Shown here piece by piece: positions 46,240 through 48,553 of a DNA stretch of 48,553 nt. Positions within the stretch are counted from its first letter, which is position 1; every line of letters starts with the position of its first letter. The translations under genes were made by a program, and so were the position numbers. The notes beneath the pieces are model-generated. The model worked only from the letters and a program-made list of their open reading frames with translations. It was not told the DNA's origin and ran no database searches. The stretch is from a virus (taxonomy: Duplodnaviria; Caudoviricetes). The stretch lies in the IMG/VR virus record IMGVR_UViG_3300010376_000048, positions 1 through 48,553 of that record; one strand, written 5' to 3'.

Positions 46240-46851
46240 ATGAGTGAAGAGCATACCATCTTCAATGTTGATGTGACCAATGGTGGTGTCATGCAAGGCA
46301 TCTTCGGTAAGGTTGTGGATGCACTGGTCGAACGAAGCACGCTAGCTTCGAGGGTGGTTGAACTCAGCGATCAGATAGCCAAGCTGAGCGAAGAGGTCCA
46401 CAATCTCAAGGATACCATCATGAGATTGGAGCTAGAGTTGGCCGCTGAGCGTCGGGAGAAGATGGAGGCTGTTGAAACCCTTGAGGGCTCAAGGAGCATT
46501 GCGAGTGGATTGGCGACTGACCTGACCAATGCTCAATCTACCATGGGAGAGCTTCGAACTCAACTTAGCGAAGAGCGCCAGAAGAGCTTCGAGCTTGGTG
46601 GGAAGTTGCGAGGTGCCAGTGCTGATCTCGACAGCATGCGGGAGGATAGGGACTATTGGAAGCGACGCTACGACGTGCTTGCCGACGAGAACAATCAGCA
46701 GTCCTCGTTGATTGAGAAGCAAAAGGAGGAGATTGCGAAGTTGGAGCAGAAGAACGCTGAGTTGACTTCGACCATTCAGCGGATCAATGAGGTTCTTGGT
46801 GGGGGATTGGTTGGAACCAGTATCTCCCCTGGGATTGTGGTTGCAGCCTAA
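46240..46851 (+). CDS. Long coiled-coil protein (ends VVAA)
   Basis: Heptad repeats over ~160 aa; AGGAG SD. Confidence 0.8.
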   Translation: MSEEHTIFNVDVTNGGVMQGIFGKVVDALVERSTLASRVVELSDQIAKLSEEVHNLKDTIMRLELELAAERREKMEAVETLEGSRSIASGLATDLTNAQSTMGELRTQLSEERQKSFELGGKLRGASADLDSMREDRDYWKRRYDVLADENNQQSSLIEKQKEEIAKLEQKNAELTSTIQRINEVLGGGLVGTSISPGIVVAA

Positions 46852-46884
46852 GGACGCGCTGGTCACGAAAACGTGATTTGACGG

Positions 46885-46918
46885 CCCGGCCGGAGTGCGA
46901 AAGTATTTTCCGGCCGGG
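46885..46918 (+). other. Stable intergenic hairpin with GAAA tetraloop
   Basis: CCCGGCCGGA-GTGC-GAAA-GTAT-TT-TCCGGCCGGG; terminator or processing site. Confidence 0.55.
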
Positions 46919-46968
46919 ACATTCCGGCCCTTCTTTGTGGCGATCTAACCTTGAAAGGAGTAAGAGCC

Positions 46969-47166
46969 ATGAAGTCCGAAAGCAGAGATGGACGTTGGAT
47001 TGTTAGCGATACGCGACCAAGGGCGAAGAAGCCCTACTGGTGTACGAATTGTGGTTGTAGCATCGCCAATAGGGAAATCCATCAGAAGATTGTTTGGAGC
47101 GATAAGGATGGCGTGCTTCATTCCGATCGCTTGCATCTTCGTTGCCCGACGGAGGATCGGTCATGA
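46969..47166 (+). CDS. Small Zn-finger protein
   Basis: CTNC...HLRC; AAGGAG SD. Confidence 0.7.
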   Translation: MKSESRDGRWIVSDTRPRAKKPYWCTNCGCSIANREIHQKIVWSDKDGVLHSDRLHLRCPTEDRS

Positions 47167-47375
47167 GGACGAGATCGGAAGTAATCACCACTATGGTCAG
47201 GATGAAGCTTCGGGCAAGTGTTAGGGAATGGCTGAAGGAAAAGGGCTATAAGCCTAGCCACGTTCCAGCTAGTGTCGTAACAGAGTTGGTTGATGAATGG
47301 ATGAAGCTGGAGCCTGGAATTCGCAAGCGAGTTAGTCGGGATATACGCGCAAGTAAGAGGAGGGTTGGGTCATGA
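47163..47375 (+). CDS. Small basic protein
   Basis: GGAGG SD, ATGA overlap. Confidence 0.65.
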   Translation: MRTRSEVITTMVRMKLRASVREWLKEKGYKPSHVPASVVTELVDEWMKLEPGIRKRVSRDIRASKRRVGS

Positions 47376-47441
47376 GGAAGATTGGTGGAATATGGTGGTG
47401 GCAATGTCGTTGGTTCGGCTTTAGCTTTTGGAGAAAGCGTC

Positions 47442-47645
47442 ATGCCTGAGATGAACAAGCTCCAATTTGGCCGCAAGTTCATCCGGACTTGTCAAGAATG
47501 TGGCCACAAGCAAGAGGATGAAATGCCAAGGGTTGTCTGGTCAAAGAAACAATATGAGGCATTTACCGATCGTAAGTGCAAAGCTTGTGGAAGCATTGGG
47601 CTGGATTATGGCTCGCTTAAGGAGGACGATCATGACAAAGAATAG
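47442..47645 (+). CDS. Small Zn-ribbon protein
   Basis: CQEC...CKAC; GGAG SD. Confidence 0.7.
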   Translation: MPEMNKLQFGRKFIRTCQECGHKQEDEMPRVVWSKKQYEAFTDRKCKACGSIGLDYGSLKEDDHDKE

Positions 47646-47901
47646 CTGGCATTATAGAAAGTTCGACTATCATATCTGCGACTTAGATAAGCACTCACTA
47701 GTCGGATGCTGGGAAAGCAACCTACTTCAACTTGTAAACGCGATGTTTATACAATTCCCAGAGATGGAATTCCTTAAGACCTTCGATTGTGAAAGAAGGA
47801 CTTGGGAGGTACATCAGAGGCCAAGTGCCCTTGAGTGGGTAAGGTATTGGCAACAAGGAGGAAAAGATGCGAGAGTTCCTGATGACTTGCCTGGCGGTTA
47901 G
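47632..47901 (+). CDS. Hypothetical protein
   Basis: AAGGAGG SD before ATG 47632. Confidence 0.6.
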   Translation: MTKNSWHYRKFDYHICDLDKHSLVGCWESNLLQLVNAMFIQFPEMEFLKTFDCERRTWEVHQRPSALEWVRYWQQGGKDARVPDDLPGG

Positions 47902-47969
47902 CCTAAGCTTGCAGATGTTCGAGGCTGCGCTCGCTTATTGGCTTTGGCGAGCATTGAGGGAGGTTGACC

Positions 47970-48140
47970 ATGAACATACCTGGCGAATTTGAGTGGTATG
48001 CCGCTACCGTGAAGTTCGGGGAAGGCCCATTCGATTGGTGCTACGTTGAAGTTAAAGGCCAAAGTCCCGAACATGCTCTCGCTAACCTCCGAAGGTTGGT
48101 TGGCGATAAGGTCAAGATCAACTACGTGGAGATGATTTGA
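47970..48140 (+). CDS. Small hypothetical protein (not in ORF track)
   Basis: GGAGG SD; MNIPGEFEWYAATVKFG... Confidence 0.65.
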   Translation: MNIPGEFEWYAATVKFGEGPFDWCYVEVKGQSPEHALANLRRLVGDKVKINYVEMI

Positions 48141-48146
48141 TGTTTT

Positions 48147-48179
48147 GGCCCTTAGGCATCGCCTAGGGGCCTTTTCTTT
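48147..48179 (+). terminator. Intrinsic terminator
   Basis: GGCCCTTAGGC-ATC-GCCTAGGGGCC-TTTTCTTT. Confidence 0.75.
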
Positions 48180-48180
48180 G

Positions 48181-48209
48181 TTGACAATCTCAATTGAACA
48201 GCGTAACCT
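48181..48209 (+). promoter_or_regulatory. Sigma70-like promoter
   Basis: TTGACA-N17-TAACCT upstream of the last gene, pointing into the terminal repeat. Confidence 0.6.
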
Positions 48210-48229
48210 CATCATCAAGGGAGGACGTT

Positions 48230-48412
48230 ATGAAGAAGCCCAAGAAGAAGATCGAGACCGGCCGCGTCTGCGCCATCTGCGGCAAGACTACATCCCCAAG
48301 TGGCCAGAAAGACACCTACGGCTTTGGTAACATTTTGCGCCTCAATGGCCTCTTCCGTGGTCGCGATAAATGCCATCGGGAATGCGTCCAATCCCTGGCT
48401 AAGCGACGCCCC

Positions 48413-48418
<6 letters not shown>
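48230..48418 (+). CDS. Small Zn-finger protein (ends KRRPV)
   Basis: CAIC...CHREC; GGAGG SD; stop codon lies in the first iteron. Confidence 0.7.

Positions 48419-48553
<135 letters not shown>

Overview
The window looks like a complete or near-complete ~48.5 kb genome of a short-tailed (podovirus-type) phage with a BPP-1/T7-style virion module. A proteobacterial host is likely but is an inference. The + strand (1.3-32.9 kb) carries terminase, portal, scaffold, major capsid, a block of secreted-looking adhesin/tailspike proteins, three tandem tail-adaptor paralogs, nozzle, ejection proteins and lysis genes. The - strand (32.9-44.6 kb) carries an AAA+ helicase-like protein, a split family A DNA polymerase (UDG+Exo / inserted HD gene / Exo III+Pol), SSB, a Sak4-like ATPase, a PD-(D/E)XK nuclease, an SF1 helicase and small early genes. 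The + strand (44.9-48.4 kb) carries small early genes. I found no integrase, RNA polymerase, primase, tRNA or CRISPR array. Most unusual observations: (1) about nine proteins, nearly all in the virion block, carry export signal peptides, and the Sec-type ones have even cysteine counts; (2) seven unrelated proteins end in RR[I/V]; (3) the contig ends are a 61-bp exact inverted repeat flanked by poly(T)/poly(A) tracts and ACTAGAG iterons; (4) a canonical type II hammerhead ribozyme and a second unexplained structured RNA are present; (5) the proofreading exonuclease is split across two genes. All family assignments come from motif recognition by eye, not database searches.
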